Source of the DNA: Desulfovibrio sp.
Lineage (GTDB): Bacteria > Desulfobacterota > Desulfovibrionia > Desulfovibrionales > Desulfovibrionaceae
NCBI GenBank assembly: GCA_017613715.1
Contig: JAGADH010000180.1
Location: forward strand, 6,483-70,482
Length of the DNA: 64,000 nucleotides
Direction of reading: 5' to 3'
Shown: one piece after another, positions 18,440 through 29,686 of the stretch
How the letters are laid out: every line of letters begins with the position of its first letter
Position numbering within the stretch: position 1 is the first letter of the stretch
Notes under the pieces: generated by a model
Told to the model about the DNA's origin: nothing
The model's database searches: none
What the model saw: the letters and a program-made list of their open reading frames with translations, nothing else
Made by a program: the position numbers and the translations under genes

Positions 18440-19795
18440 TCAGACCAGCTCAAAGAGTTGGGCCTGGGCGGTATTTTGATAGTATTTTTTGCGTGATGCT
18501 GCCCAGAAATTACAGTCCTGATAGCTGACATCGACCAGATCAAGCACCACGGGATCAAGACTTTCTTCATTGACCCTGAGAATGCGGCCAACAGCCTGGG
18601 CCACATTGGCCTGAGGCGTGGCGAAGATGACAGCTCGCAGATCAGGCACGTCAACGCCCAGCGCCATGACCCCGTACGTGGCAAGAATAATCGGGCTTTG
18701 GGCAAGGATGCTGCGGCGTTCAGCCTCCTTGGTCTCTCCGGTAAAAATGCCCACATCATCTGCGCTGATGCCCAGCTTTTCGCAGAGGAGGCCGTGCAGG
18801 GTTTTCAGCTGCTGGATGCGTTCGGAAAAGACCACAGTGCGCCTGCCGCTTTGGGCAATTTTGGCAATATGACTTGCCAGAAGTTCATTGCGTTTTTTGT
18901 CTTCAGCCAGGGTTGAGAGCAGCTTTGCACGTCGAAAATTGGCGTTTTGAATGAAGTTCAGTTTGTAGTTGGTCTTGGCGGCCTTGTATTTCAGAATATA
19001 GACATTGGGCTGCAAGAGTGTGTGCGCGCTGATGGCCAGGACTTTTTCCCCGATAGACAGCTTGTAGATATCCTGCAGGCCGTCGCGGCGGTTTAAGGTG
19101 GCCGACATGCCGATGCGGTACTGTGGTGCAAAGATGGAGAGTGTCTGACTGAAGCTTTGCGCAGCGGCCACATGCACCTCATCCCAGATGACCAGACCAA
19201 AGGCCTGACAGAATTCTTTGGGATATTTGTTCTTGGCGAGCGAGTGGATCATGCCGATGACGACTTTCTTTCCCTGATACTCGCAGATGTCCTGCTGGGC
19301 CTGGCCGATTTCTGAGGCCTGGATATTGGTGAACTGCTGAATGCGCTCTGCCCATTGCTGCATGAGATTGTCGCGAGGCACAATAATCAATGTTGTGCGG
19401 CCAATGGCCTGGAGCATGCGTAAAGCGCAGACCGTCTTGCCGGAGCCTGTGGGCATATTGATCAGCCAGCCGGTCGTGCCGGCGGCGAGCAGCTTCTGAA
19501 ATTGTTCCACAAGCGGTTTTTGATTGTCCCTGAGCGTAAAGCCCTCTGCCATGGCAACGTCAATGGGAAGCCCCTGGTGGCGTTCATCCTTGAGATGGGC
19601 CGTTTCCTTGGAGAAGTCTTTGAGAAAAAGCGGAAAACCGAAATGGCTGGCTGTTTCTTTGACCAGAGGAATATGGATACTCTCTTCATAGCGTGAGGTG
19701 CGGGTATAGCTTTTGATCAGCTCGTCGAGATCCTCTGTGAGTTCGTTTTTGGGGACAAAGGCATGGGTTGAGAGGCGTATTTCACTATAGCGCAT
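18440..19795 (-). CDS. Superfamily 2 DEAD/DEAH-type helicase (ResIII + helicase C)
   Basis: LRDNQ Q-motif, MPTGSGKT, DEVH, MSAT, GVDVPDL, QAVGRILR. Confidence 0.9.
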   Translation of the reverse strand: MRYSEIRLSTHAFVPKNELTEDLDELIKSYTRTSRYEESIHIPLVKETASHFGFPLFLKDFSKETAHLKDERHQGLPIDVAMAEGFTLRDNQKPLVEQFQKLLAAGTTGWLINMPTGSGKTVCALRMLQAIGRTTLIIVPRDNLMQQWAERIQQFTNIQASEIGQAQQDICEYQGKKVVIGMIHSLAKNKYPKEFCQAFGLVIWDEVHVAAAQSFSQTLSIFAPQYRIGMSATLNRRDGLQDIYKLSIGEKVLAISAHTLLQPNVYILKYKAAKTNYKLNFIQNANFRRAKLLSTLAEDKKRNELLASHIAKIAQSGRRTVVFSERIQQLKTLHGLLCEKLGISADDVGIFTGETKEAERRSILAQSPIILATYGVMALGVDVPDLRAVIFATPQANVAQAVGRILRVNEESLDPVVLDLVDVSYQDCNFWAASRKKYYQNTAQAQLFELV

Positions 19796-19837
19796 GGACT
19801 TGGTTCCCTTGGCTTCACGGCAGGTCATGCCAAGAGT

Positions 19838-19866
19838 AAAACGCCCGGCTCAGTACCGGGCGTTTT
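19838..19866 (-). terminator. Intrinsic terminator after the symporter gene
   Basis: AAAACGCCCGG-N7-CCGGGCGTTTT perfect inverted repeat. Confidence 0.75.
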
Positions 19867-19875
19867 GCTCTTGTC

Positions 19876-21150
19876 TCAGGCTGAAGCCAGTGTCTCTGCT
19901 AGATCGCGATTGGTCATGGTGGCCACGGCTGAGTCGGACCAGACATTGACGCAGGTTTCGATCATGTCGATGATGGCGTAGATGGGCAGGATCACGCCGA
20001 GCAGATCAACCGGCACATTCATGGAACTCATCAGCGAAAGGGTGAGAAAATAGCAGCCCATGGGCACACCGGCATTGCCGACGGCCGCCAGGACGGCCAC
20101 AAAGACCCAGACGCACATGGTGCCTGTGGTCAGCACGATATTGGCATTCTGCATCAGATAGAGCGAAGTGACGAGAATGAATGCAGCACAGCCGTTCATA
20201 TTAATGGTTGTGCAGATGGGCAGCACAAAGCGTGTCACCTTGGGGTTCAGGCGGAGATTGTCTTCGGCTGAGGCCAGGGTCACAGGCAGAGTGCCGGCTG
20301 AGCTTTTGGAGAAGAGCGCCACAGCCAGAGCCGGAAACATGCCTCTGAAAACGGCGATGGGATTGATTTTGCGGGCCAGCAGAAAGAGGGGGATGACCAC
20401 AAAGAACTGCAGAAGATTGCCGCCAATGACCACAGCCGTGTATTTCCCCAGAGCCCCGACGATGACGCCAGCTTCAATTTGCGAGACAAGCTGGGCTGTA
20501 AAGGCGCAAATGCCGACGGGCAGAATGAAGAGCAGGGCGCGGATGAGGGTGAAGAGCAGTTCCTGCAGGCCGCAAATGGCGCGGACGAGGGTTTCGCGGT
20601 TCTCTGTCTTGGGCATGAAGGCCAGGCCAAGACCAACGGCTGAGGCAATGATCAGGATGGAAAGCACATTCCCCGAAACAAAGGGCGCCAGAATATTATT
20701 GGGGATGACGGAAAGAAAATGCTCATAGTAGGAAAGCTTGCCGAGATTCTGGGGAATGGCGGCGTCGCCGGGAACCGGTACGTTTTCCGGAGCGATCCAG
20801 ACAAAGAGCGCTAGGGCCACCACAGCTGCGCAGAGGGTCGTGGTCAGGGTATAAAAGATGGCGTGACCAAAGATACGTCCGGTTTCTCTGCGTGCACCAA
20901 GTTCTGCAAGGGTTGTGATGACAGCCAGGCAGATCACCGGTACGGCCACAAACTGGAAAAGCCGTGTAAAGGCCTGAGCAATAAAATTGAAGAGTTCATT
21001 GAGGGCCGGAATCTGCAGCCAGCCAAAGATGGCGCCAAAGAGCATGGCCACAAACCAGAAGAGCACCTTCAGCATATGGTTGTGTTTGGCGGTTTCATCC
21101 AGGGTTTGACGTGCCGCCTGCTCAATGCGGCTATGATTGGGAAGATACAT
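19876..21150 (-). CDS. Dicarboxylate/amino acid:cation symporter (DAACS family)
   Basis: IPNN, SKSSAGTLP, PICTTINMNG, GNAGVP, DMIETCVNVWSD; polytopic; start codon uncertain. Confidence 0.9.
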   Translation of the reverse strand: MYLPNHSRIEQAARQTLDETAKHNHMLKVLFWFVAMLFGAIFGWLQIPALNELFNFIAQAFTRLFQFVAVPVICLAVITTLAELGARRETGRIFGHAIFYTLTTTLCAAVVALALFVWIAPENVPVPGDAAIPQNLGKLSYYEHFLSVIPNNILAPFVSGNVLSILIIASAVGLGLAFMPKTENRETLVRAICGLQELLFTLIRALLFILPVGICAFTAQLVSQIEAGVIVGALGKYTAVVIGGNLLQFFVVIPLFLLARKINPIAVFRGMFPALAVALFSKSSAGTLPVTLASAEDNLRLNPKVTRFVLPICTTINMNGCAAFILVTSLYLMQNANIVLTTGTMCVWVFVAVLAAVGNAGVPMGCYFLTLSLMSSMNVPVDLLGVILPIYAIIDMIETCVNVWSDSAVATMTNRDLAETLASA

Positions 21151-21838
21151 ACTGCACCTGTGCGTTGGCAAAAGGATTGCTGACAAGGACCATGGGCGTC
21201 CTTGAATCGTGTGAAAAAAGCACTGTCGAAGATCGCCAGGGCCTGTTTATGCCTTTGGATGGCATGGTAAGCCAAGGGCAGGGCTTTGGCAAGAAGACTG
21301 CCAAGCGCGCTGACTGTAGACACAGGGCGGAGATAGTGTTTGTTGATTTTTGTGCTCATCGGTAGACGTAGAGAAGGCGGCACAGCACCTGATGTCACTG
21401 GCCGCGGCACTCTTTTGCCCTGAGTGAGGCAAGGTACTGAGTGTCGTGATGTTCCAGCGCATTCCCAGCAATTGCCTGCGTGCCTGGATGAAGCCATAGA
21501 GACCGGCAAGTCGTTGTGACGCCTGCCTTGAAAGGGGAAGAGAAGCTCGGAGGCTTGAGGCATCGAGGCATGATCGGCCTAAGGTATGAGAGAGAATGAG
21601 AAGGCAGGAAGGGCTGAATGAGAGTATCCGTCACTGAGTATTGGGCATCAGGCCGACGTCAGGTCGGCTGTGATATAGATGCGACTTTCTGACTTTTCGC
21701 TTTCTTGACCAAGGCTGCCGTGCAAGGTTAGAATGAATCGTTTTGGGATAAGGTTTTGCTGCCTGTTTTTTGCCTTACGCAAGCCTCTGCGCCGCAGTGC
21801 AGAATAATTTTCTGTCCTTAACATTTCAGGGAAAAGGT

Positions 21839-24800
21839 ATGCCAAAACGGACGGACTTACATAAGATCCTGGTGATAGGAGCTGGTCCCATTGTCATCGG
21901 ACAGGGCTGTGAATTCGACTATTCGGGTTCTCAGGCGGTCAAGGCCCTGAAAGAAGAGGGATATGAGGTCGTTCTCGTCAATTCCAATCCGGCGACCATT
22001 ATGACCGATCCGCATCTTGCGGATGCCACCTATGTGGAACCCATAGAGCATGAGACCTTGGCTGCCATCATTAAAAAGGAGCGCCCCTGTGCACTCTTGC
22101 CGACCTTGGGCGGTCAGACAGCCCTTAATGCGGCTTTGCGACTGGCCAAAAAAGGCGTGCTCGATCAATACGGCGTTGAGCTGATCGGAGCGCGTGCCGA
22201 GGTCATTGAAAAGGCCGAAAGCCGTGAACTTTTCCGGCGCGCCATGCAGAATATCGGTCTTAAGGTGCCGGCCAGCGGCATTGCCCACAGCATGGAGGAA
22301 GCACGTGCTCTGGCCAGGAATCTGCCGTTTCCGCTCATTGTGCGTCCGGCCTTTACCCTTGGCGGTACCGGCGGCGGTGTAGCCTACAATATGGATGATC
22401 TCGAGACGGTGGCACAGGCCGGCCTTTCCGCAAGTCCTGTCTCCGAGATCATGATTGAGCAGAGCGTGCTCGGCTGGAAAGAAATTGAAATGGAGGTCAT
22501 GCGCGATAAAAAGGACAATTGCGTCATTGTCTGCTCCATTGAGAATCTCGATCCCATGGGCGTGCATACCGGTGACTCCATTACCGTGGCTCCCATCCAG
22601 ACCCTGACGGATGTGGAGTACCAGCGTCTGAGAGATGCCTCCATTGATATCATGCGTGAGATCGGCGTGGAGACCGGTGGCAGTAATGTGCAGTTTGCCG
22701 TGAATCCCAAAAACGGTGATGTCGTGGTCATTGAGATGAATCCGCGCGTTTCCCGTTCTTCGGCCTTGGCCTCCAAAGCGACAGGTTTTCCCATCGCCAA
22801 GATTGCGGCCAAGTTAGCTGTGGGCTTTACCTTGGATGAGCTGCGCAATGACATCACCCGAGAGACGGCGGCAAGCTTTGAGCCGGCCATAGACTACTGT
22901 GTGGTCAAAATTCCGCGTTTTACCTTTGAAAAATTTCCCGGTGCCAAGGATGAATTGACCACGAGCATGAAGAGCGTGGGCGAGGCCATGAGTATCGGCC
23001 GGACCTTCAAGGAGGCCTTGCAGAAGGGCCTGCGCAGTATGGAAATCGGTGCTACGGGCCTTGGCTACCATTTTGGTCGTGAGCTTCCGTCCAAAGCCGA
23101 GATTCTTGAGCGTCTTGGTCATCCCAATTCGCGTCGCATTTTTGCTTTACGGGAGGCCATTCTCTCCGGCATCAGCGAGGAAGAAATTCATCAGGTCTCC
23201 TACTTTGATCCCTGGTTTATCCGTCAGGTGCGCGATATTGTGGAAATGGAAGCACAGATTCGCGATTACGGCATAGCCAATGATATGACCCCGGTGAACC
23301 GCGAACTATCGCAGATTCTGCGTCGTGCCAAGGAATTTGGTTTTTCCGATGCACAGCTGGCGGAAATGTGGAAGCGGCCGGAAGGTGATATCCGCCGCCT
23401 GCGCAAGGAACTGCGTATCACGCCTTCCTATTATCTTGTGGATACCTGTGCTGCAGAATTTGAAGCCTATACCCCGTATTACTATTCAACCTATGAGTCG
23501 GGAGATGAAGTTGCCATCAAATCCTGCCGCAAGGTGCTGATTCTTGGCGGCGGTCCCAACCGTATCGGTCAGGGCATAGAATTTGACTACTGCTGCTGTC
23601 ATGCTTCCTTTGCGCTGCGTGATGCGGGTATCTGTGCCATCATGGTCAATTCAAATCCCGAAACCGTTTCCACCGACTATGATACCTCGGACAGACTGTA
23701 TTTTGAGCCCCTGACTTTTGAGGATGTCATGAATATCGTGGAACGGGAAAAGCCTGAAGGCGTCATAGTCCAGTTCGGCGGACAGACTCCGTTAAATCTT
23801 GCTGTTCCCTTGATGCGCATGGGCGTACCGATCATGGGTACCAGCCCCGACGCCATTGACCGGGCTGAAGACCGTGAACGCTTTCAGGCCTTGATTCAGA
23901 AGCTTGGTCTCAGGCAGCCTTCCAACGGCACGGCCATGAGCCTGGAGGACGCCCTCGAAGTTGCCGAGAAAATCACCTATCCCGTCATGGTGCGCCCAAG
24001 CTACGTTCTGGGCGGCCGGGCCATGGCCGTGGTCTATGATGCTGAAGAGCTGACAAGCTATTTTGCCGAACATGTGCCCATGAAGCCCGAGCATCCCATT
24101 CTCATCGACAAGTTCCTGGAACATGCCGTGGAAGTGGATGTTGATGCTCTGGCTGACGGCCATGATGTCTATATTGCAGGCATCATGGAGCATATCGAGG
24201 AGGCAGGTATTCATTCGGGCGATTCAGCCTGTGTGCTGCCCTCGTTTTCGCTTTCCTATGACCATGTGGCGAGTATCGCGGCTCAGGCCGAAGCCCTGGC
24301 CAGCGAGCTGCATGTGGTCGGTTTGATGAATATTCAGTTCGCCATCAAGGGCGACGAGATCTATATTTTGGAAGTCAATCCCCGTGCCTCACGCACGGCC
24401 CCCTTTGTCTCCAAAGCTACGGGTGTGCCTTTGCCCTATCTGGCCACACAGGTCATGCTGGGCAAGAAACTGTCGGAGCTGGATCCCTGGAGCATGCGCC
24501 GCGGCGGTTTTACCTGTGTCAAGGAAGCTGTCATGCCCTTTGGGCGTTTCCCGGGCGTTGATGTGATTCTGGGACCTGAGATGCATTCCACAGGCGAGGT
24601 CATGGGCATGGGATCAACCTTTGCCGAAGCTTTCCACAAGAGCCAGCTTGGTGCCGGGCAGATCATTCCCCAGAGCGGACGGCTCTTTCTTTCGGTCAAT
24701 GAGCGCGATAAACCCTATCTGCCTGAAGTGGCCGGCATGTTCAGGGATCTGGGCTTCACCCTGCTTGCCACCAACGGTACGGCGGCTTTTCTCAAGGAAC

Positions 24801-25081
24801 ACGGACTTGAGGTGGAAGTGGTCCGCAAGGTCTACGAAGGTCGTCCCAATATTGTGGATCTGATCATCAACCACGAGGTGGATCTTGTGGTCAATACGCC
24901 TTCGGGTAAGAAGACCGCACGCGATTCCAAGGCCATCCGCCGCACGGCCTTAACCTACAATGTTCCCTACTGCACGACCCTTGCCGCAGCTAAGGCTACA
25001 GCCACCACCATTGGTTCCATGAAGGGCGGCTTACATGTGGAAAGCCTTCAGGAATACTACGCGCGTCAAAGTGCGCAATAG
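21839..25081 (+). CDS. carB: Carbamoyl-phosphate synthase large subunit
   Basis: [58 protein letters not shown]-terminal MGS domain. Confidence 0.98.
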   Translation: MPKRTDLHKILVIGAGPIVIGQGCEFDYSGSQAVKALKEEGYEVVLVNSNPATIMTDPHLADATYVEPIEHETLAAIIKKERPCALLPTLGGQTALNAALRLAKKGVLDQYGVELIGARAEVIEKAESRELFRRAMQNIGLKVPASGIAHSMEEARALARNLPFPLIVRPAFTLGGTGGGVAYNMDDLETVAQAGLSASPVSEIMIEQSVLGWKEIEMEVMRDKKDNCVIVCSIENLDPMGVHTGDSITVAPIQTLTDVEYQRLRDASIDIMREIGVETGGSNVQFAVNPKNGDVVVIEMNPRVSRSSALASKATGFPIAKIAAKLAVGFTLDELRNDITRETAASFEPAIDYCVVKIPRFTFEKFPGAKDELTTSMKSVGEAMSIGRTFKEALQKGLRSMEIGATGLGYHFGRELPSKAEILERLGHPNSRRIFALREAILSGISEEEIHQVSYFDPWFIRQVRDIVEMEAQIRDYGIANDMTPVNRELSQILRRAKEFGFSDAQLAEMWKRPEGDIRRLRKELRITPSYYLVDTCAAEFEAYTPYYYSTYESGDEVAIKSCRKVLILGGGPNRIGQGIEFDYCCCHASFALRDAGICAIMVNSNPETVSTDYDTSDRLYFEPLTFEDVMNIVEREKPEGVIVQFGGQTPLNLAVPLMRMGVPIMGTSPDAIDRAEDRERFQALIQKLGLRQPSNGTAMSLEDALEVAEKITYPVMVRPSYVLGGRAMAVVYDAEELTSYFAEHVPMKPEHPILIDKFLEHAVEVDVDALADGHDVYIAGIMEHIEEAGIHSGDSACVLPSFSLSYDHVASIAAQAEALASELHVVGLMNIQFAIKGDEIYILEVNPRASRTAPFVSKATGVPLPYLATQVMLGKKLSELDPWSMRRGGFTCVKEAVMPFGRFPGVDVILGPEMHSTGEVMGMGSTFAEAFHKSQLGAGQIIPQSGRLFLSVNERDKPYLPEVAGMFRDLGFTLLATNGTAAFLKEHGLEVEVVRKVYEGRPNIVDLIINHEVDLVVNTPSGKKTARDSKAIRRTALTYNVPYCTTLAAAKATATTIGSMKGGLHVESLQEYYARQSAQ

Positions 25082-25129
25082 GGATCTGAAGGTCTGCGAT
25101 GGTAGAATTGGGGACAAGGGAGAAAATCA

Positions 25130-26266
25130 ATGAAAGCAGTACTCGTGCTTGAAGATGGGTTTACGCTTGAAGGCACATCCTTCACAGGAACCTTTGAAAC
25201 CGGGGGTGAAGTCATTTTTACCACCGGTATGACAGGCTATCAGGAAGTACTCACAGATCCCTCGTATTATGGTCAGATGATCTGCATGACCTATCCTTTG
25301 GTGGGCAATTACGGCATAACCAAAGAGGATTATGAATCGGAACGCATCCATGCCAGTGCCTTTTTGGTCAAGGAATGCTGTAAGGAACCCTCCAACTGGC
25401 GTTCAGTCATGTCCTTGCCCGAGTTTTTGCAGAAGCATGACATTGCCGGCATGGAGCATCTTGATACACGCGCTCTGACAAGGCATCTCAGGCTGCATGG
25501 GGCCATGCGCGGCAGGATCTCCTCGCTTGATCCCAACCCGGAATCGCTGCTTGAGAAGGTTTTAAAACAGCCTCCCATGGAAGGGCAGAATCTTGCGCAA
25601 TATGTGGCCTGCCAGTCACCGTATATTTTTCTTGACGAGGCTAAAAAGCCCGTGACGCTCAATGCTGACGGTTCCTATGCCTGGACCGGCAGCGGTATCC
25701 CCCTTGCGGTGCTGGATTTTGGTATCAAATGGAATATTTTGCGTCTTTTGCGTGCTCATGGCTTTGAGCCTCTGGTTTTGCCGCCTGCCTTCAGTGTCAA
25801 GCAGGTGCAGGCCACAGGAGCCCGTGCGGTTTTTCTCTCCAACGGACCTGGGGACCCTTCGGCCTTGCGGGATGAGATTGCCAGCGTGCGCGAACTGATC
25901 CGCGCAGGCTTTCCGGTCACAGGCATCTGTCTTGGGCATCAGCTGATCGCCCATGCTCTTGGCGGCAAGACCCGCAAGCTCAAGTTTGGCCATCACGGTT
26001 GCAATCATCCTGTCAAGGAACTGGCCACGGGCAAGGTTGAAATCTCTTCGCAGAACCATGGCTTTGCCGTTGAACTGAATGATCTGCCTGACGTGGAAGT
26101 GACCCATCTCAATCTCAACGATCAGACTGTGGAGGGCTTGCGCCATAAGCGTCTGCCGGTGATGAGTGTGCAGTACCATCCTGAAGCGGCGGCAGGTCCT
26201 CACGACAGCCGCTATCTGTTCACACGTTTTTACGATATGATCCAGAAGGCCCTTAAGTCCGCATAG
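25130..26266 (+). CDS. carA: Carbamoyl-phosphate synthase small subunit
   Basis: [50 protein letters not shown]. Confidence 0.98.
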   Translation: MKAVLVLEDGFTLEGTSFTGTFETGGEVIFTTGMTGYQEVLTDPSYYGQMICMTYPLVGNYGITKEDYESERIHASAFLVKECCKEPSNWRSVMSLPEFLQKHDIAGMEHLDTRALTRHLRLHGAMRGRISSLDPNPESLLEKVLKQPPMEGQNLAQYVACQSPYIFLDEAKKPVTLNADGSYAWTGSGIPLAVLDFGIKWNILRLLRAHGFEPLVLPPAFSVKQVQATGARAVFLSNGPGDPSALRDEIASVRELIRAGFPVTGICLGHQLIAHALGGKTRKLKFGHHGCNHPVKELATGKVEISSQNHGFAVELNDLPDVEVTHLNLNDQTVEGLRHKRLPVMSVQYHPEAAAGPHDSRYLFTRFYDMIQKALKSA

Positions 26267-26402
26267 AACGCGGAATAGACCAGGATGTCCCTGTTTGCTC
26301 TTGCATCTGAACAGGCTCTTGGAGATGTATCTGGTTTTGTTTGCTTGCACGGCGAATCCCTGAGATCCGCCAGAAAACTTTAATCTTGCCGAGGAGCGTG
26401 CT

Positions 26403-26822
26403 ATGCGGAAACTCTGTTGTCTTGCTCTTGCCCTGTGTCTTTGGGCGGTCTGCGCAGAGGCAGGGGAGGTCAAAACACCTGCCAACTCCAATGCCGTGGA
26501 TATTCTGACGGGAGAACTTTGGCAGAAATCCTCACCTGAAGAAAAACGGTCCTTTATCTTTGGTGTGGATACAGCTGTGACGGTTGAGTACTATGTCAAT
26601 GACAAGGTTCAGGAAAAGGCAAAAAAATCGGGCAAGAAAGCCAAGCATACGCTTTCTCCCTTTGAAAGAGGCTGGATGAAGGCCTTGCATGAGATGCCCC
26701 GCAAGGATCTCATTGCTGCCATCGATGCCTGGTATGCAGAGCATCCGGACAAAATTGAACGACCTGTGATGGCTGTGGTTTGGTATGAAATCATTGCTCC
26801 CCGCCTCAAGGGAAAAGAATAA
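26403..26822 (+). CDS. Secreted hypothetical protein
   Basis: Signal peptide, GAGGAG RBS, 139 aa. Confidence 0.75.
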   Translation: MRKLCCLALALCLWAVCAEAGEVKTPANSNAVDILTGELWQKSSPEEKRSFIFGVDTAVTVEYYVNDKVQEKAKKSGKKAKHTLSPFERGWMKALHEMPRKDLIAAIDAWYAEHPDKIERPVMAVVWYEIIAPRLKGKE

Positions 26823-26834
26823 GTGGAGTTCACT

Positions 26835-27119
26835 ATGGGACGTATTCTCGCTGTTTGTCTTTTAGCGTCTGCCCTGGTTTTTTCTGTTGTAGCCTGCACC
26901 AATACCCAGAAAGGTGTCGCCGGCGGTTCAGCCCTGGGAGCTGCTGCCGGTCTTGGCATTGCGGCTGTCAGCGGCGGCTATCTTGGCTGGGGAGCCCTGG
27001 CCGGAGCGGGCGTTGGTGCCTTGGCCGGCGGTATTGTGGGTAAGCAGAAAGATAATTATGAAGATGAAGAGCGCTATCGCGAAAGTCATCACCATCATCA
27101 CTCGCGCTATGACGACTGA
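26835..27119 (+). CDS. Glycine-zipper lipoprotein with His-rich tail
   Basis: Lipobox VVAC; GSALGAAAG...GAGVGALAGG; C-terminal SHHHHHS. Confidence 0.8.
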   Translation: MGRILAVCLLASALVFSVVACTNTQKGVAGGSALGAAAGLGIAAVSGGYLGWGALAGAGVGALAGGIVGKQKDNYEDEERYRESHHHHHSRYDD

Positions 27120-27131
27120 GAAGGCATTCGT

Positions 27132-27173
27132 GCAAACAAAAAGAGGTGGCGAAAGCCACCTCTTTTTGTTTGC
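27132..27173. terminator. Bidirectional intrinsic terminator
   Basis: 19-bp perfect inverted repeat GCAAACAAAAAGAGGTGGC-GAAA-GCCACCTCTTTTTGTTTGC between convergent genes. Confidence 0.85.
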
Positions 27174-27200
27174 TCTGAGATCGAGGAAATTGTGTTCCGG

Positions 27201-27476
27201 TCAGGGATTTTGATGATTTTTTTGAGCCCTTTCCTGCATGCCAAGCGCCACGGCTTCACGCACATGGGCCTCGGAATCCTGTGTTACGCCCACATCAGTA
27301 TAATAGAGAGCACCGCTGGTCACGCCGATTTCATCCTGAACATCCACAAAACGCTGCCAGCTGCTTGAAAGGCCGAAGAGCACGGGCGAGAGGTAGTTGA
27401 AAAAGACAAAGAGCGCGAGTACCAGGCCCGTGAGTTTGAGCCAGGCATGAAGACGAGATACTTTGAGCGATTCCAT
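27201..27476 (-). CDS. Small membrane hypothetical protein
   Basis: One hydrophobic helix, GALYYTDV motif; follows the exporter gene. Confidence 0.65.
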   Translation of the reverse strand: MESLKVSRLHAWLKLTGLVLALFVFFNYLSPVLFGLSSSWQRFVDVQDEIGVTSGALYYTDVGVTQDSEAHVREAVALGMQERAQKNHQNP

Positions 27477-27493
27477 AAAGACCTTGTTCTGAA

Positions 27494-27525
27494 GGAAAAG
27501 GCTGCCGGCAAGCGGCAGCCTTTCC
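27494..27525 (-). terminator. Hairpin or terminator after the exporter gene
   Basis: AAAGGCTGCCG-GCAAG-CGGCAGCCTTT stem. Confidence 0.55.
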
Positions 27526-27533
27526 TTGGCAAG

Positions 27534-29258
27534 TTAGATCTTGGCCGTGATTTCGGGGAAGACCTTGTAGAACATGAACCAGGCCATGAGCAGGGTGAGC
27601 AAGAGGTTGAAGCTCTGGCCGCAGATATAGAGGATGATGGGCTTGCCGCCCTTGAGATAACTCTTGAGTTCGCGGAAGTTGGTGGTCAGACCAATGGCTA
27701 CAAAAGCCAGGGCAAAGAACCAGCCGCGGAAGGCTCCGCCGACCTTGTTGGTGCCGTTTTCAATAAGAATGGTCGCGGTATCGGCACCCAGGTTGGAGCA
27801 GATGATCGAGCAGATGATCGAAACACCGAGGAAGCCCAGGACGAACTTGGGGAAACGATGCCAGATTTCCATGGCACCAACTTTTTCGCCGGCCTGCTTG
27901 TGCACCTTCGTTGTGAAGTAAATGGCCACGAAGAAGGCCGTGACACCGATGAGCACGTTCTGGATCATTTTGACGGTGGCAGCGACCTGCATGGCCTTGG
28001 GACCGACAAAGGCACCGGCAGCGGCCACAGCACCTGTGGCGTCAATGGTACCGCCGATCCAAGCGCCACCCAGAATTTCCGGCATACCGCAGGCCCGGAT
28101 GATGGCAGGCAGAACAACCATCATGATGGCCGTAAAGGTCAGAGAAAGGCCGATGGAAAGCGTCAGCTCTTCTTTCTTGGCCTGAGCAGCAGCGGCTGTG
28201 GCAATGGCGGCAGAGGTGCCGCAGACGGACATATCGGCAGAAATAACGATATTCAGTGTGGGAGAGGGAATTTTCAGCACTTTCTGGCCGAAGATATAGG
28301 TGCAGACCAGAACGATGGGCGTGACCACCCAGGCCACGAAGATGCCGGGAATACCGATGGCCATGAGCTTGTAGATGAGCACGTCGGCACCAAGCAGTAC
28401 GAGACCGGTCTTGATGAAGTACTCAACCTGGGCACTGTATTTGAGCCATTTGGGGGTACCAATGGTATTGGCGATGAGCATACCAATGATGATGGACCAG
28501 ATTTCGGCGTTCATGCCCCAGCCTTTCATGACGTCCTGCTTGCCCATGATCTGAGCGAGCACACAGACCACATAGACACCCAGAAAGCCGAGGAAGAACT
28601 TGACGGGATTGTAGCCCATGAAGCAGGCGCCAATGGTCACAAGCACACCCAGGCCCAGGCCCAGGCCAATCAGAGAACCATAGCGGTTGAAGGGCTTCTT
28701 GATTTTTTTGGCCACTTTGCCAGTTGCGCCCTTGGCCTTTTGCCAGGCCTCGATGGCCTCACTCGCCTTGGCGTTCAGAGCCTCATCCTTGAACATCACA
28801 TCGGCCGCTGCAGCCTGTGCTGTCTTGGCATTGGCCAGGGCATCGGCTTCGGCTTTCTTCAGTTCATCGAGCTTGGGTTGAATCTTGGCGTTGGCCTGCT
28901 TGGCAGCTTCTTCAGAAAGATATAGTGAATCCAGAGGATTGGAGTGCCAAGCGCCCGGAGTGGCCAAAAAGCCCAAAACAGTTTTGAGGAAGGATACGTC
29001 TTTGCCGGCGACCTTTTTCAGGTCGTCTTTGGCTTGATAGAATTCAATGGTCTTGAAGGGTTTCGATTTTTCCTGCGCAATTGTGTTGAGCAGAGGACCG
29101 CTTTTGGCATCAAGGGACGGGCGATTGCTCATAACCACGCAGAGAGCAACTGCAAGAATGAACAGGCCGAGCCATATCGCCCAGTAGTCCTCTTTTTTCC
29201 AGAGGTCTGACCATTGCGATTTGGCACGGTCGACCACGATGTCAGAATTCTGAGACAT
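27534..29258 (-). CDS. Putative sulfate exporter family (YeiH/UPF0324) membrane protein
   Basis: WKKEDYWAIWLG, EYFIKTGLVLLG, SVCGTSAAIA, GAWIGGTID.TGAV.AAG, KMIQN, RFPKFVLGF; AGGAGG RBS. Confidence 0.9.
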   Translation of the reverse strand: MSQNSDIVVDRAKSQWSDLWKKEDYWAIWLGLFILAVALCVVMSNRPSLDAKSGPLLNTIAQEKSKPFKTIEFYQAKDDLKKVAGKDVSFLKTVLGFLATPGAWHSNPLDSLYLSEEAAKQANAKIQPKLDELKKAEADALANAKTAQAAAADVMFKDEALNAKASEAIEAWQKAKGATGKVAKKIKKPFNRYGSLIGLGLGLGVLVTIGACFMGYNPVKFFLGFLGVYVVCVLAQIMGKQDVMKGWGMNAEIWSIIIGMLIANTIGTPKWLKYSAQVEYFIKTGLVLLGADVLIYKLMAIGIPGIFVAWVVTPIVLVCTYIFGQKVLKIPSPTLNIVISADMSVCGTSAAIATAAAAQAKKEELTLSIGLSLTFTAIMMVVLPAIIRACGMPEILGGAWIGGTIDATGAVAAAGAFVGPKAMQVAATVKMIQNVLIGVTAFFVAIYFTTKVHKQAGEKVGAMEIWHRFPKFVLGFLGVSIICSIICSNLGADTATILIENGTNKVGGAFRGWFFALAFVAIGLTTNFRELKSYLKGGKPIILYICGQSFNLLLTLLMAWFMFYKVFPEITAKI

Positions 29259-29405
29259 CCGATTCCTCCTTAGAAAAGGTAATACATGACAATGAACGGA
29301 CCTTAGGCACTTTTCAGCCATCCGTCAATGTGCAAGTCGCGTCCAAGGCTTTGTTTTTGTATGCAGACAGCGGTTTTGACCCGAAAAGCTTCACTTTTGT
29401 GAGTG

Positions 29406-29438
29406 AAAAAAAAGCCCTGCGGATGCTGCAGGGCTTTT
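29406..29438 (-). terminator. Intrinsic terminator
   Basis: AAAAGCCCTGC...GCAGGGCTTTT; longer T tract on the minus strand. Confidence 0.65.
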
Positions 29439-29443
29439 GCATG

Positions 29444-29686
29444 CTATGAGCCTTGTTTGGTGGGCAGCGGCTGAAAGCCCAAGGCGATTTTTAAAATGTT
29501 CTCGGTTAGGCACAGACAATCTTCAAGACCTTTGGCAGTTTCATCATCAATTTCAAGCGGGTAGCTGGGGCCATGCAGGGTGGTGATGGAGGTCTTGAGG
29601 AAGGTGAAGAGGGAGAGAGCCATTTTGGCGTATTCCCTGCGTTGCTGGCTTTCACGGTCAAAAACAAGTTGCGGTAGATTTTGCAT
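29444..29686 (-). CDS. Small hypothetical protein (~80 aa)
   Basis: Open frame MQNLPQL... ending just before a terminator; no recognisable motif. Confidence 0.45.
   Translation of the reverse strand: MQNLPQLVFDRESQQRREYAKMALSLFTFLKTSITTLHGPSYPLEIDDETAKGLEDCLCLTENILKIALGFQPLPTKQGS

Noticed and set aside
21190-21760. Possible riboswitch in the long region upstream of the amino-acid symporter
   Set aside because: No recognisable glycine, lysine, SAM or c-di-GMP consensus by eye; an Rfam scan would be needed
27447-28925. 492-aa plus-strand ORF
   Set aside because: Antisense shadow of the well-supported exporter gene; no motifs
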